Virus record (IMG/VR): IMGVR_UViG_3300046559_000436
Span: 33,261 to 97,260 of that record
Length of the DNA: 64,000 nt
Source: a virus
Direction: 5' to 3' (one strand)
Below the pieces are notes generated by a model. It was given only the letters and a program-made list of their open reading frames with translations. It was not told where the DNA came from and searched no databases. Both the position numbers and the translations under genes were made by a program. Within the stretch, counting starts at the first letter, position 1; each line of letters starts with the position of its first letter. Of the stretch, positions 39,272-49,743 are shown piece by piece.

Positions 39272-39949
39272 ATGCGCAGCATCGCCGGAACCCAGACCGC
39301 CACCGCCCGCACCGCCCGCCAGAGCCAGAACGCCGCGTGGGGCAAGGCCGAGATCCCCGCCGTCCTGGCCGGGGTGCTGGTCGCGGCCCGTCCGGCCGAG
39401 GTCGCCAAGCCGAAGGCCACCCCGACCGGCGCCACCCGGACCCGCAAGGTCGCCGAGCTGCACCGGTGCCGCTGCTCCGAGCTGGTGCTGGAGTCGGGCG
39501 AGTGGACCGGGTGCGAGTCGATGGTGAAGGGCACCTTCGCCCCCGGCCACGACGCGAAGGCCGCGAGCCTGGTGGTTCGGGGCGCGCTGGAGGCCAGCGA
39601 CGACCCGGAGGTCGGCGGGAAGGTCTACGACGAGGCCGCCCAGTGCTGGAGGAGCCCGCTGGAGATCTTCGAGGGCACCAAGCTCGGCCAGAAGGTCGCC
39701 GCCCGGCTCGGGCAGGCCGAGGCCAAGCAGAAGCAGGCGGCCGAGATCTTCTCCCACGCCACGGGTGCCAGCGAGGCGGCCGAGACCGAGTCCATGGAGG
39801 CCGAGAAGGCCGCCAAGCCGGGGAAGGTCGTCCAGGTCGTCCAGCACCGTCGGGCGGGCGCCACGGCGGGGATGCTGACCACCAACGAGCCGACCGGGGC
39901 CGACCTGGACGAGGTGGAGACCAAGGTCCGGCAGTTCTCCCGGGCCTGA
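39272..39949 (+). CDS. CxC...FAPGHDAK family protein
   Basis: CRC...TGC....GTFAPGHDAK. Confidence 0.75.
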   Translation: MRSIAGTQTATARTARQSQNAAWGKAEIPAVLAGVLVAARPAEVAKPKATPTGATRTRKVAELHRCRCSELVLESGEWTGCESMVKGTFAPGHDAKAASLVVRGALEASDDPEVGGKVYDEAAQCWRSPLEIFEGTKLGQKVAARLGQAEAKQKQAAEIFSHATGASEAAETESMEAEKAAKPGKVVQVVQHRRAGATAGMLTTNEPTGADLDEVETKVRQFSRA

Positions 39950-40056
39950 CGGCCAGCGGGGGGCGGGCAACCGCCCCCCTTGCCAAACCGGCAACCGATG
40001 TGATTTAATGGAATTACGGGGGCGGGTTCCGCCCCCTGGCCCCGAAAGGACCACCA

Positions 40057-40302
40057 ATGAACGTCACCGTCACCTTCAAGTCCCCCGCCCGCCGCCGCCT
40101 CGCCATCGCCTTCCTGATCGCGCTGGTGTTCCTGACGGGCCTGTGCGTCGGCAGCAACAGCGCGCACAGCGCAGACGCCAAGGGGTGCTCCAGGATCAAC
40201 TACACGCAGGCCGAGTACAAGAGCGACCTCGCCAAGTACGGCAAGTCGGTCGCCGACTACAACGAGGGCTTCGCCACCGCCACCACCGAGTGCCCCCGCT
40301 GA
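40057..40302 (+). CDS. Small secreted/membrane protein
   Basis: N-terminal hydrophobic helix; cassette promoter and RBS. Confidence 0.7.
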   Translation: MNVTVTFKSPARRRLAIAFLIALVFLTGLCVGSNSAHSADAKGCSRINYTQAEYKSDLAKYGKSVADYNEGFATATTECPR

Positions 40303-40390
40303 GCTTGACAAACCCGCAACGTCCGTGATTTAATGGAATTACAGCGGGGGCCGCAGCCCAGCGGCCCCCGCCACCCGAAAGGAACCGAAC

Positions 40391-40858
40391 GTGAACGAGA
40401 CCACCACCTTCGAGCTGACCGGCAGCACCTTGGCGACCGTCGCGCAGCTGGCCGACGACGAGGGCGTCACCCTCGCCCAGGCGCTGGCGCTGATCATTGA
40501 CCAGGCCAGCGACCCGATCAGCCGGGGGCTGCTGTTGGGTGGGGAGAGCGGCAAGGACCTGCTCGGCGACGTTTTCCAGGCCCCGAGCGCCCAGCACCCG
40601 GTCAGGACGCATCGGACGGCGACGACCGACGACGTTGCCGAGGCGATCGACCTGGTTAACGAGGTGCGCAGCGCGTGGCAGGACCACCTCGACGAAGCTG
40701 GTGAGTCGGACAGCTTCCCGTACGAGCAGGTCGAGACCTCGTACGCCCTGGACGCCCTGGAGGAGGTTTACCCGGGCAGCCCGACCACCGAGGACCTCAC
40801 CTGGGACCTGACGTTCCCGAACGGTGACACGCTGCACCTGGTCTTCACCCTCGCCTGA
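40391..40858 (+). CDS. Hypothetical acidic protein
   Basis: Cassette promoter and RBS. Confidence 0.7.
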   Translation: MNETTTFELTGSTLATVAQLADDEGVTLAQALALIIDQASDPISRGLLLGGESGKDLLGDVFQAPSAQHPVRTHRTATTDDVAEAIDLVNEVRSAWQDHLDEAGESDSFPYEQVETSYALDALEEVYPGSPTTEDLTWDLTFPNGDTLHLVFTLA

Positions 40859-41003
40859 GGCCACCTCGGCGGCTCGGTTGGCAACACCCGAGCCACCCGG
40901 CAGCACCTCAGCCGACGTGGGCTTGACACACACGCAAAGCCCGTGATTTAATGGAATTACACAAGGGGGGACAAGCCCCCCGGGCCCCGAAAGGACCAAG
41001 AAA

Positions 41004-41507
41004 ATGACCATCACCGCCACCGCCACCGCCTGCCGCTGCTCCCTGGTCGTCACCGAGGGCGGGGAGCGCACCGGGTGCACCAAGACCGTCACCCGCGCTT
41101 TCGCCCCCGGCCACGACGCCAAGCTGAAGAGCCTGCTCGGCCTGGCCCAGGCCAACTCCGAGGCGGTCATCGTGACCATCCCGGGCGAGAGCGACACCGA
41201 CCCGAACACCGAGGTCGAGATGAGCCCGCTGGAGGCGGCCGGGCGGTTCGGCAACTTCGGCTACATGGTCGTCCAGATCGCGGCCAAGATCACCGCGAAG
41301 CGCGACCGGGCCGCTGCGCACAAGGCGAAGCTCGCGGCCAACGCCGAGGCTCGCGCCAGCAAGAAGAAGGCCGCCAAGGTGGCGCTGCCGGTCCAGAAGG
41401 CCAAGGTCGGCCGCTGGGAGTACGAGGGCGTCGTGAAGGCCGACCGGTTCGTGTACACCAACAAGAAGGGCGAGACGGTCGCGGCCGAGCGGTTCCAGCT
41501 GGTCTGA
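41004..41507 (+). CDS. CxC...FAPGHDAK family protein
   Basis: CRC...TGC...RAFAPGHDAKLK; KVGRWEYEG. Confidence 0.75.
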   Translation: MTITATATACRCSLVVTEGGERTGCTKTVTRAFAPGHDAKLKSLLGLAQANSEAVIVTIPGESDTDPNTEVEMSPLEAAGRFGNFGYMVVQIAAKITAKRDRAAAHKAKLAANAEARASKKKAAKVALPVQKAKVGRWEYEGVVKADRFVYTNKKGETVAAERFQLV

Positions 41508-41843
41508 TCGGCAAACCACGGGGTGTCGGCAACGACGACCGACCCCCCTCGCCCCAGACCGACCAACACGCAACGCAACCAAGGAGCACGAAATGCGCAA
41601 GATCAAGATCCGGGTCAAGGCGTTCATCCTCGGGGTCACCGAATTCAGGAGCGACCTGACCACGCACCTGGCGGCTTTCTCTCTGGAGGAAGCGTACGAC
41701 CGAGGTCGCGAATTCGCCCACGTCGTCACCCTCCGTCGGTACGACTCCGCCCGCTGACTTGACACAACCGCAATCCATATGATTTAATAGAATTACAAGG
41801 CCGGGGGGGAACGCCCCCCGGCCCGACCCGAGAGGAACCTGAA

Positions 41844-42332
41844 ATGACCGCCACCTCGAAGTTCAAGCTCACCGGCCCGCAGACCGCCGCGATCGCCAAC
41901 ACGGGCCAGCTCGGCCAGGTCATCGGCCACGCGCGGACCATCAAGGCGCTGCACGGGCTGCGCCTGATCACCAGCGACGGGTTCCTGACCGAGGGCGGCG
42001 AGAAGGTTCGCAAGGAGCTGTTGGCCAGCCCGACCCGCAAGACCTTCGAGCTGCAGATCCCGACGCTGGTCATCGACGGCCTGGACGACGACGAGATCGA
42101 CATGATCTTCCAGGCGGTTCACCTGGTGGTCGCCGACCAGCGCCAGAGCTACCCGAAGATGGCCGACTGGGAGGCCGTCGGTCACGCGCTGGGAACGCTG
42201 ACGCTGCCGGGTGAGGGCTGCGTGGGTGGTAGCGAGCTGGACGGCGACGAGTCCGACCCGCTCTTCCGGGCGTACAAGCTGATCCTGAGCGGCCCGAAGG
42301 TCGTCAAGCAGCTGATGGGCTTGCCCGCCTGA
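41844..42332 (+). CDS. Hypothetical protein (N-terminal winged-helix-like)
   Basis: RTIKAL....LI.....LT.GG. Confidence 0.65.
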   Translation: MTATSKFKLTGPQTAAIANTGQLGQVIGHARTIKALHGLRLITSDGFLTEGGEKVRKELLASPTRKTFELQIPTLVIDGLDDDEIDMIFQAVHLVVADQRQSYPKMADWEAVGHALGTLTLPGEGCVGGSELDGDESDPLFRAYKLILSGPKVVKQLMGLPA

Positions 42333-42700
42333 GCTTGACACGGACGCAACGCCTGTGATTTAATGGAGTTACAACGACGGGGGGCGCTCGGCCCCCCGCC
42401 CGACCCGAAAGGTCACACCATGAACCGCAACACCCCCCGCGCCAGCCGCGCGCTGCGCCAGGTCGGCCGCGACACCACCAGCGCGGGAACCCGCGACTCG
42501 GCCGCCTTTGCCGCCGACCAGGCCCACTTCGAGCGGTTCCTGCGGCTCAACCCGGCCCCGAAGAACGTCGTCCACATCAGGCCGAGCGACGTCAAGGCGC
42601 ACCGCGCCCGCCGCGCGAACTGACCGACCGGCGCGCCCGGCCACCTCGACCGGGCGCGCCCCGCAGGGCCCACAGTTTCACAAGACCCGAAAGGCCTGAC

Positions 42701-43048
42701 ATGAACACCGCGCACTGGCACATCGGCAACAACACCCCCGGCTTCCTTCCCGACCCTGACTCGACGTGGGTCGCCCACACGCCGCAGGACGCCTTGATCG
42801 GCCTGATCGGCGACCTGAACAGCCTGGTTGAATACCTCGACGGCCTTGACAGCGAGGCCGAGGACGCGGTGGCCACGTTGGAGGAGGCGCTGCCCCACTT
42901 CACCGACGATGGCGAGGTTGACCTCAGCAACGTCGACGACTCGGATGTGGAGCGCATCCTCAACTCGCTGGCCGACCAGCTGCTCATCAACGCGAACCAG
43001 ACGGCTTGGTGGACTCGCCGATGCGAGCTGGACTGCGCCGACGCCTGA
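42701..43048 (+). CDS. Hypothetical acidic protein
   Basis: G.NTPG.LPD motif; RBS. Confidence 0.65.
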   Translation: MNTAHWHIGNNTPGFLPDPDSTWVAHTPQDALIGLIGDLNSLVEYLDGLDSEAEDAVATLEEALPHFTDDGEVDLSNVDDSDVERILNSLADQLLINANQTAWWTRRCELDCADA

Positions 43049-43140
43049 CCCTGAGCTTGACCCACGGGAAACGCCCGTGATAAGATGGAATCACAAGCGG
43101 GGGTCCGGTCTGGACCCCCGCCAACCCGAGAGGCCACAAA

Positions 43141-43563
43141 ATGAGCAGCAACGACCACCAGTTCGCGACCGTCAACCTGAACGGCAAGACCGCCGAGGCC
43201 ATCCGGCTGGTGATGCGTCAGACCGGTTGGACCGTCGAGCAGAGCCTGGCCTGGCTTCTGTCCACGACCAACCCGGACCACGTGCCGACGGTTCAGACGG
43301 CGATCGAGGGCAACGAGGTCGGCGTGCAGGTCGTCAAGAACACGATCACCTCGTACCCGTTCGAGGTTGGCGCCGTCGTCTCGGTGAGCGTGCCGACCGA
43401 GGACGACGACTACACCTTGAAGCTCTACGGCACGGTGATCGGGTTCGCCCCGCAGGGTCCGTGCGTCAAGCTGACCAGCCGCTCCATCGCCGAGGCCAAG
43501 TCGTACGACATTCACATCCACGGCGAGGACCTCTGGTCCTACGAGGACGTCACGGCTCTCTGA
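43141..43563 (+). CDS. Hypothetical protein
   Basis: Cassette promoter and RBS. Confidence 0.65.
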   Translation: MSSNDHQFATVNLNGKTAEAIRLVMRQTGWTVEQSLAWLLSTTNPDHVPTVQTAIEGNEVGVQVVKNTITSYPFEVGAVVSVSVPTEDDDYTLKLYGTVIGFAPQGPCVKLTSRSIAEAKSYDIHIHGEDLWSYEDVTAL

Positions 43564-44293
43564 CCCCGATCAGCCCCCCGTCAACCGGGCGGGGGGCTCC
43601 GTTTTGACCGAAAGGCGTTGAGATGGGCTGGTTCAAGGGCAGCAACAATGAGTCGAGCAAGGGCAGTGTCGGCACGGATGGCCGTGGCGGGTTCGTCTCG
43701 GTCGACAACGACGGGGTGGCGTTCGGTAACGGCCACGTCGACCCAGTCGACAACCTGATTGCCTTGGCGGGCGCGCTCGCCGACGCGGACGGCGACGACG
43801 ACGACTGACCACTTGACGTGGACGCAAGACACGTGATTTAATTGGATTACGGCGGGGTTCCAACCGGGAACCCCGCCCGACCCGAAAGGTCCCGAGATGA
43901 TCCTGGCCCTGAGCAACGCGATACGCAAGGCGTTCGAGCTCAACCCAATCAAGGTCACCCCGTACATGATCACCAAGAGTGATCTGGCCGACCTCGGTCA
44001 CGCCCAGTGCCACCAGCACTCCTTCTCGTGTTCGAGTGACGTTCCGGCCTGGCTCGTCAACGGTTGGGCCTCGTGCAACCACCACCTCGCCGACACCGTC
44101 CGGGCGGCAGCCGACTTTAATCGCCACCACCGGGTCTGGCTCGGCTGATCGGTGACCACCCAACCTGCTCGGCCTAACCTCCGAGCAGGTTGGCAACTCC
44201 CCGAACATGCTTGACACGGACGCAAAATCCGTAGTAAGATGGAATCACAGCAGGGGCCGGTGGGGTCCCTGCTCTCCTGAAAGGACCAGTCCA

Positions 44294-44698
44294 ATGAACG
44301 TCACCCCCGAGCTTGACCTCGACCAGGCCGTCGCTGAGATCGCCGACCAGTTCAGGGCCGTCAAGGCTCGTAACGTCCGGTGTTCGATGACTTCTCTCCC
44401 GTTGCTGGACCTGATGCTCCAGTTTAACGTTGACCGGTCGGACGCATTTGCTCTCCGCGAGCTTGGTTACGAGTTGGTCACTCCCCGTCTCGTCGACCTC
44501 CCCGAGCAGCGTCGCGGTCGCGGCCAGGACCTCACCCCTCGCGCTGGCAAGTCCGGTTACCACGCCCGGAAGGCCACCGTCCACGGCGCCTGGCTCCAGA
44601 ACCCCCACATCACCGTTGACGAGGTCGCCCGTCTCGTCGACGTCCACCCCTCGACCGCCCGTCTCTACCTCCGCGAGCTTCGTTCCTCCCACATCTGA
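44294..44698 (+). CDS. HTH-containing protein
   Basis: C-terminal TVDEVARLVDVHPSTARLYL. Confidence 0.65.
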   Translation: MNVTPELDLDQAVAEIADQFRAVKARNVRCSMTSLPLLDLMLQFNVDRSDAFALRELGYELVTPRLVDLPEQRRGRGQDLTPRAGKSGYHARKATVHGAWLQNPHITVDEVARLVDVHPSTARLYLRELRSSHI

Positions 44699-45472
44699 CA
44701 GCCGCGCCTTCGGCGCGCCTATCACCCCGCCCCGCCACTCTGAGGCCACGAGGAGCCCTCCGACCCGTTCGGAGGGTTGCTCCGGCACCTCAGCCCGAGG
44801 AGCCCGTCCCGACCCCGAGGAGAACCCGTCATGAGCAACGACTACGCCGATGGCCGCAACGCGGGCTGGAACCGCACCGAGGTCACGCTCGAAGGTGCCC
44901 ACGCCAACCACGCGATCCGAAACCCGATCCCGGCCAGCGCCAGCGCCGACTACGTCCAGGGTTACCGGGACGGCGTCGAGCTGGGCGTCTCCGGCTTCAA
45001 CCCCGATGGTACCCGCCAGTAGCCGCACCTCGACCCGACTTGGTTGGGGGTCTTGCGCCCCCACCAAGTCCCATGGTTTAATTGTATTACGGCCGGAGCT
45101 TCCGGCCTCTCCCGAAAGGAACCCGAGATGATCATCACCGCCGCTGCCGACGTCATGAACCTGGTCGACAACAAGGTCGAGCAGATGCACGACGCCCAGA
45201 GCGCTCTGCAGATCGGCCTCCCCGGCTCCGTCTCCCGAGTGGCTGGCCTGGTCGACTCGGCCGCCGCTCTCCAGGTCAACATCCGCACCATGATCAAGCG
45301 CGAGGCCGCTCGCCTCGCCGATCACGAGCTGGAGACGGTTCTCGTCTTCTACTCCAAGCTCCTGGACGCCAAGCTGGAGCTGGTCGAGGTCCTGTCCGAC
45401 CACTGACCTCGCCCCACCCGGAAGCCCCCGACCCTCTCCCAGGGTCGGGGGCTTCGCTGTTTTAATGGTCCT

Positions 45473-46081
45473 ATGACCATGACGCCAGAGCAACGAGCCC
45501 ACATTCGTGAGGTCGGCCGGGCCGCCTCTGAAGCCTGGCAGCGCGACCACCCCAACGACCGGGCGGGCTCCAACAGGGCCCGTCAGCGGGCGGTCAGCTC
45601 ACTGCGCTACCAGTACGACCCCCGCCGCAAGAACCGCTCCATCACCAAGTCCACCGTCTACCTTCCCTGCTCCTGCGGCCGGGTCGGGGGTCTCTGGCTC
45701 GGCGGCGACGGTCTTCAGCCTGGTCAGGTCGTTTGGCGAGACTGCCCCAACGTCACCCGTTTCGATTGGTCCACCGGCCACATCAACTGGGTTCGTAGGG
45801 CTGCTGCCAAAGAGTTCCTGATGGGTCGTCATCTCTATCTCAGGCCACGCCCCGCCACTCCGGACGACTGGTCCTCTGTTACTCCCAGTGACCCCGAACC
45901 GCTAGACCCCTGCTTCGTTCTCGAACAGCTTGGGGTAGCCAGCGACTCCGACTCCTTTGCCTTGCTGGTGCTCTCCGCCGCCCGTGGTCTGAATACCGAC
46001 GCCACCCGGCTCCCCGTCCAGCGCGCTGACATGGCGGTTGTTGAATGGGCCAAGCAGCAGCTGGCTAACCCCTCGGCTTGA
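45473..46081 (+). CDS. Hypothetical protein
   Basis: ORF track; followed by a hairpin facing the convergent traB-like gene. Confidence 0.5.
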   Translation: MTMTPEQRAHIREVGRAASEAWQRDHPNDRAGSNRARQRAVSSLRYQYDPRRKNRSITKSTVYLPCSCGRVGGLWLGGDGLQPGQVVWRDCPNVTRFDWSTGHINWVRRAAAKEFLMGRHLYLRPRPATPDDWSSVTPSDPEPLDPCFVLEQLGVASDSDSFALLVLSAARGLNTDATRLPVQRADMAVVEWAKQQLANPSA

Positions 46082-46210
46082 CCCCCGGCTCACCTGCGGC
46101 TCGACCCCCCGGCCTACCCGGCTGGGGGGTCGTTTGCTAACCGTTACTTTGACTTGTTGTCTAAGGCCTCTGACCTGGGTTAGCTTACTTAGCCAGGCTA
46201 GCCGCTCCCT

Positions 46211-48076
46211 CTAGACGAGCCGCCACAGCTCGCTTTCCTGGTCGTACTCCACCTTTCCTTCCTGCTTGAGCTTCCAAAGAGCATTCTTGATGGTGCTGCT
46301 GTTGACCGTCTCACCCAGCGACCCCTTGAGCCCGCCCTTGGTCGCAGGCCCCATCGCCAGCTCCAGCATGATCGCTTCCGCTGCCTGGGACCGAGTCAGC
46401 CGGGACACCTCCTCGGCCACCTCCTGCATCTTCTCGAACGAGATCCGGTCACTCTTAGTAACCGTCGCTCTGGCTCCGCCGCGCCACTCGGCGATTCTCT
46501 CGATCTCCCTCGGCAGGTCGTTCTCCGCGTCCACGTAGATCCCGCGCATAGCCGCCGGGTGCGTTCCCTCCAGCGTCTGCAACAGGAATTCGCCGTGCTT
46601 GCCGAGCTTGTTGGGCTTCATCAGCTCAAGGTCGTCGAACACCATCCCGGCATGGTTCTTCTGCATCCGGAATCCGATCCTGTTGTTGAGCTGGCCTCTC
46701 GCCGACGTGGTCCCGCCGAACGCCGACTTGTCCGGTGTCTGGGTGGCCAGGATCAGGAAGATGCCGACCGCTCTCGCTCTCCGCAGCAGGTCGAACAGCA
46801 TCGCGACGTTGGTCATCTCTCCCTTCGTCTTCTTGTTGACCTTGTCCCACTCGCTCAGCTGGGTGAACTCATCGACGATTGCCCACACCACCGGCCTGCC
46901 ATCGACCGTCGGGTCCCACTTGTCGGCCTTCCTGGCCTTGAGGATCTCAGCCCGCTCCTCGACCTCCTTGAGAAGCCATTCGAGCACCCCCCGTGCTCCG
47001 GGCTCGTCGCTGGCCGTGCCGTCGAGGATCGGTTCGAGCAGGTTGGCCTCGATGCCCTCCTTGAGGTCGATGAACAGGACCTGGCTGCACTCTCTCTGCG
47101 TCAGTGACAACGTCAGCAGCCGGAGCATCGTCGACTTTCCGCCACCTGTCGTACCGGCGATCAGCGTGTGAACCAGCGGGTCGAGAAGGATCGGGTCTTC
47201 GTACTCGTCCAGGCCGATCAGGATGGGCGCGTTCCAGGCCACCGGCCCCTGAGGCTCGTACGGTACCAGGGACGGCAGAGAACCAGGCGCCCGGTACTCT
47301 ACGGCCACCACCCCCTCTACGCCCGCCGGAGATACCACGGGAGCCCTCCGGAGCCTACCCGCGCGCCCGATCACCCCCGCAGCCTTCTGCACCTCCTCCA
47401 AGCCGAGTTCCAGCGGCAGCTCGACCTCTGCCCGCCAGCCCTCGCCGAGACCCTTCTCATTGGCCGGGATAACCTCGAACTCAGCGATCTCGACCAGCTT
47501 CTTGTACTTGTTCCAGAGCGCTCGCTGAATGGCGCCCGGCAGTCCGCGCTCGAATTCGGGATCGGTCTCTACCTTGGGCGCGACCTTCTCATACTGCTGC
47601 TTCAACTTCAGCAACGCCATCTCCTCCCGCAGCTCCAGCAGTCGCTGAGAGCCACCGGCGTTGTTGATCTGGGTCATCCGGTGATTGCGGTCGAGCCATC
47701 GCTCCATCCAGTGCTCGTACCAGGCGAACGACCAGGCCACGTTCATCGCGCCAGCTCCCAGCGCCGCCCACAGACTCTGGGAGCCACCGCCCGACCAACC
47801 GGCCACCCCGGCTTCCGCCAGGAAGGTGGCCGCCCATCCCGCGCTTGTCCCGAGACCTTCGGCGAATCCGTGGCCGTCCGCCCTCTGGAACAGGAGTTTG
47901 AACGCACCGACTCCGGCCGCACCTCCTGCCACGATCTCGATCAGCTGGGCGTCTTGACCGTAGAGGTTGTGCGTCACCAACCCGCCCAGGGCTCCGGCCC
48001 CCGCCACCAGGCCGGAAGTCGCCACTCTCTTCCGCCAGTCCCCTGTGTTCGGGTTCTGGTTCCAGTTCATACTCAT
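46211..48076 (-). CDS. FtsK/SpoIIIE DNA translocase, TraB-like plasmid-transfer protein
   Basis: N-terminal TM segments; HTLIAGTTGGGKS, IDLK, IVDE, R.ARAVGI.L..ATQ.P, RI.FR; C-terminal wHTH. Confidence 0.85.
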   Translation of the reverse strand: MSMNWNQNPNTGDWRKRVATSGLVAGAGALGGLVTHNLYGQDAQLIEIVAGGAAGVGAFKLLFQRADGHGFAEGLGTSAGWAATFLAEAGVAGWSGGGSQSLWAALGAGAMNVAWSFAWYEHWMERWLDRNHRMTQINNAGGSQRLLELREEMALLKLKQQYEKVAPKVETDPEFERGLPGAIQRALWNKYKKLVEIAEFEVIPANEKGLGEGWRAEVELPLELGLEEVQKAAGVIGRAGRLRRAPVVSPAGVEGVVAVEYRAPGSLPSLVPYEPQGPVAWNAPILIGLDEYEDPILLDPLVHTLIAGTTGGGKSTMLRLLTLSLTQRECSQVLFIDLKEGIEANLLEPILDGTASDEPGARGVLEWLLKEVEERAEILKARKADKWDPTVDGRPVVWAIVDEFTQLSEWDKVNKKTKGEMTNVAMLFDLLRRARAVGIFLILATQTPDKSAFGGTTSARGQLNNRIGFRMQKNHAGMVFDDLELMKPNKLGKHGEFLLQTLEGTHPAAMRGIYVDAENDLPREIERIAEWRGGARATVTKSDRISFEKMQEVAEEVSRLTRSQAAEAIMLELAMGPATKGGLKGSLGETVNSSTIKNALWKLKQEGKVEYDQESELWRLV

Positions 48077-48167
48077 GGTTCAGGTCCTTTCTGGGAGTTT
48101 TGGTTCAACCGATAGCAGGGGGTTCAGGTTCCGAACCGGAACCTGAACCCCGAGCTGGCTGCTGAAC

Positions 48168-49181
48168 CTACCGGTAGTGGCCGGTTCCGGGAGCGTTGTC
48201 GAGCCAGAACTGGTGGGCGTCCTTGCGCAGAGTGGAGGCCGTGGCCTTGGCGGTGGGCTTCAGGTCGTAGATCTCGATCACCTCGCTGAGCGGAACCGAG
48301 TTCAGCTGGCCACCGCGCTCCCCGATCGTCCGGGCCAGGTGCGCCACCTTGTCTCTGCGTTCTGTCGGAACCCCCTCTGACCGGGAAGGTTCCGGTTCGG
48401 CGGGGGGTGCGGGGGGTTCCGGTTCAGCCAGCGGAACGGGGAGCTGAACCTTGGCGAGTTCCAGTTCCGGCTTGTTCGGAACCACGGGCTTCGGGCGGTT
48501 CACCCAGTCCGGAATGTCCAGTTCGGGTTCCGGTTCACGCGTGAGCTGAACCGTAGGAGTCTGGTTCAGGTTCAGGAGCTGGGCCAGCTGCAGCAGGCCG
48601 GGGTTCGGAATCGGAAGTTCCACCGTGGCGGCGGAACCCGGTTCTCCGTCCTCCCACCGGAACTCGTCGTGAGCCAGTTCCGCCCGCTTCTGACGTTCGA
48701 GTTCCGCCACTCGACGACGGTAGTCCTGGCGCTTCAGGCGGTTCCGGTCGTTCTCGTTGAGCTTGGGTCGCAGGGTGTGCAGGAACGACTGGGTCAGACC
48801 CTTGGAAGCCACCGTGAACAGCACACCCAGAACGGCGGTCGCCCAGCTGTGGACCTGGTCGCCATGCATCGCCGAGACGGTGGCGGAGGAGACCAGGGTG
48901 CCCCACGACCACAGCTCGGTCCGCCAGTCCCCGCCGTAGGCGTCGGAGATGGTCATGGCGAGTGAGGCGATCCAGGCCATGTCGAGCACGGAGCAGGCCA
49001 GGAAGGCAGCCCAGTGGGCGGACCCGCTGGCCATCAGCGAATAGAGCGAGTAGGTGGACCAACCGGCCGCGCCCAGGACGGACACGGACGCCAGGACGAA
49101 GAACACGACCTTGACGACGGTCTGCCCCTGCCTGGCGGGGTTGTGGGGTCGTCTGATAGAATTTGTGTCGTTGGGAACCAT
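48168..49181 (-). CDS. Spd-like (spread) membrane protein: TM segments, coiled coil, EP-rich linker, C-terminal helical domain
   Basis: Architecture and adjacency to the TraB-like gene. Confidence 0.6.
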   Translation of the reverse strand: MVPNDTNSIRRPHNPARQGQTVVKVVFFVLASVSVLGAAGWSTYSLYSLMASGSAHWAAFLACSVLDMAWIASLAMTISDAYGGDWRTELWSWGTLVSSATVSAMHGDQVHSWATAVLGVLFTVASKGLTQSFLHTLRPKLNENDRNRLKRQDYRRRVAELERQKRAELAHDEFRWEDGEPGSAATVELPIPNPGLLQLAQLLNLNQTPTVQLTREPEPELDIPDWVNRPKPVVPNKPELELAKVQLPVPLAEPEPPAPPAEPEPSRSEGVPTERRDKVAHLARTIGERGGQLNSVPLSEVIEIYDLKPTAKATASTLRKDAHQFWLDNAPGTGHYR

Positions 49182-49251
49182 TCCCCGGTCTCCTTTCAGG
49201 TTAGCCCTCGGCGCGCGGCTCGAACACTGAGCGTCGGGGGCTGATCTATGT

Positions 49252-49455
49252 TTAGCGGTTCTCGTAGGCCAGGATCATCTCGTCAACGTCGGCCCCGGCC
49301 TTGACCATGCGCAGGGCTAGGAGGCCACCCGGCACCTGCTTGCCGCTCTCCACCCTGGAGATGGTGGTGACGGTGGTGCCGAACCGGGTGCTGGCCTTGG
49401 TCTGGGAATCCTCCCCGCGCAGTCGTCGCATGATCTCACTGACAGTGGCTGTCAT
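49252..49455 (-). CDS. XRE-family HTH regulator
   Basis: RRLRG..SQ.......T..TISRVESGKQ.P. Confidence 0.8.
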   Translation of the reverse strand: MTATVSEIMRRLRGEDSQTKASTRFGTTVTTISRVESGKQVPGGLLALRMVKAGADVDEMILAYENR

Positions 49456-49743
49456 TGCATAACTCCTCTCGTTCTTGTCTATACACATTCTATCATATGA
49501 ATTGCCACAAACACAAGCGGGCCCCATCCTTGACAAGGATGGGGCCCGATCGTTCGGTTCAGTGGTAGCAACGTCTCCGGCAGGTGTGCTCGGGGCTGGC
49601 CTTCCAGTCGACGTGAGCCGACTCGCATTCTTCGCAGATGATATCGTAGCCGCCCTTGGTCGGAACCTTTTTGGTCTCGACGTCGGGGTGGGTCCGACAG
49701 AACCGCCGACCACCGCGCTCGACAGCGGAGACCTTGACCGCCA

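Larger units (their letters stand above)
38547..45130 (+). promoter_or_regulatory. Array of about 11 reiterated promoter-hairpin-RBS modules, each heading one or two small ORFs
   Basis: TTG-starting -35 boxes near 38547, 39187, 39980, 40305, 40923, 41759, 42335, 43057, 43813, 44211 and 45053; conserved GTGATTTAATGGAATTAC or variants; GC hairpin; cccgaaagga. Confidence 0.85.

Noticed and set aside
39995-40020. GTGAT-N8-ATYAC dyad as a host BldD or Crp box
   Set aside because: Spacing and orientation do not match those consensus sites as I recall them, so a phage repressor is more parsimonious.
38547-45130. CRISPR array or integron cassette array
   Set aside because: The repeats are promoter-like, separated by hundreds of bases of ORF. 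No attC structure, integrase or cas operon is visible.
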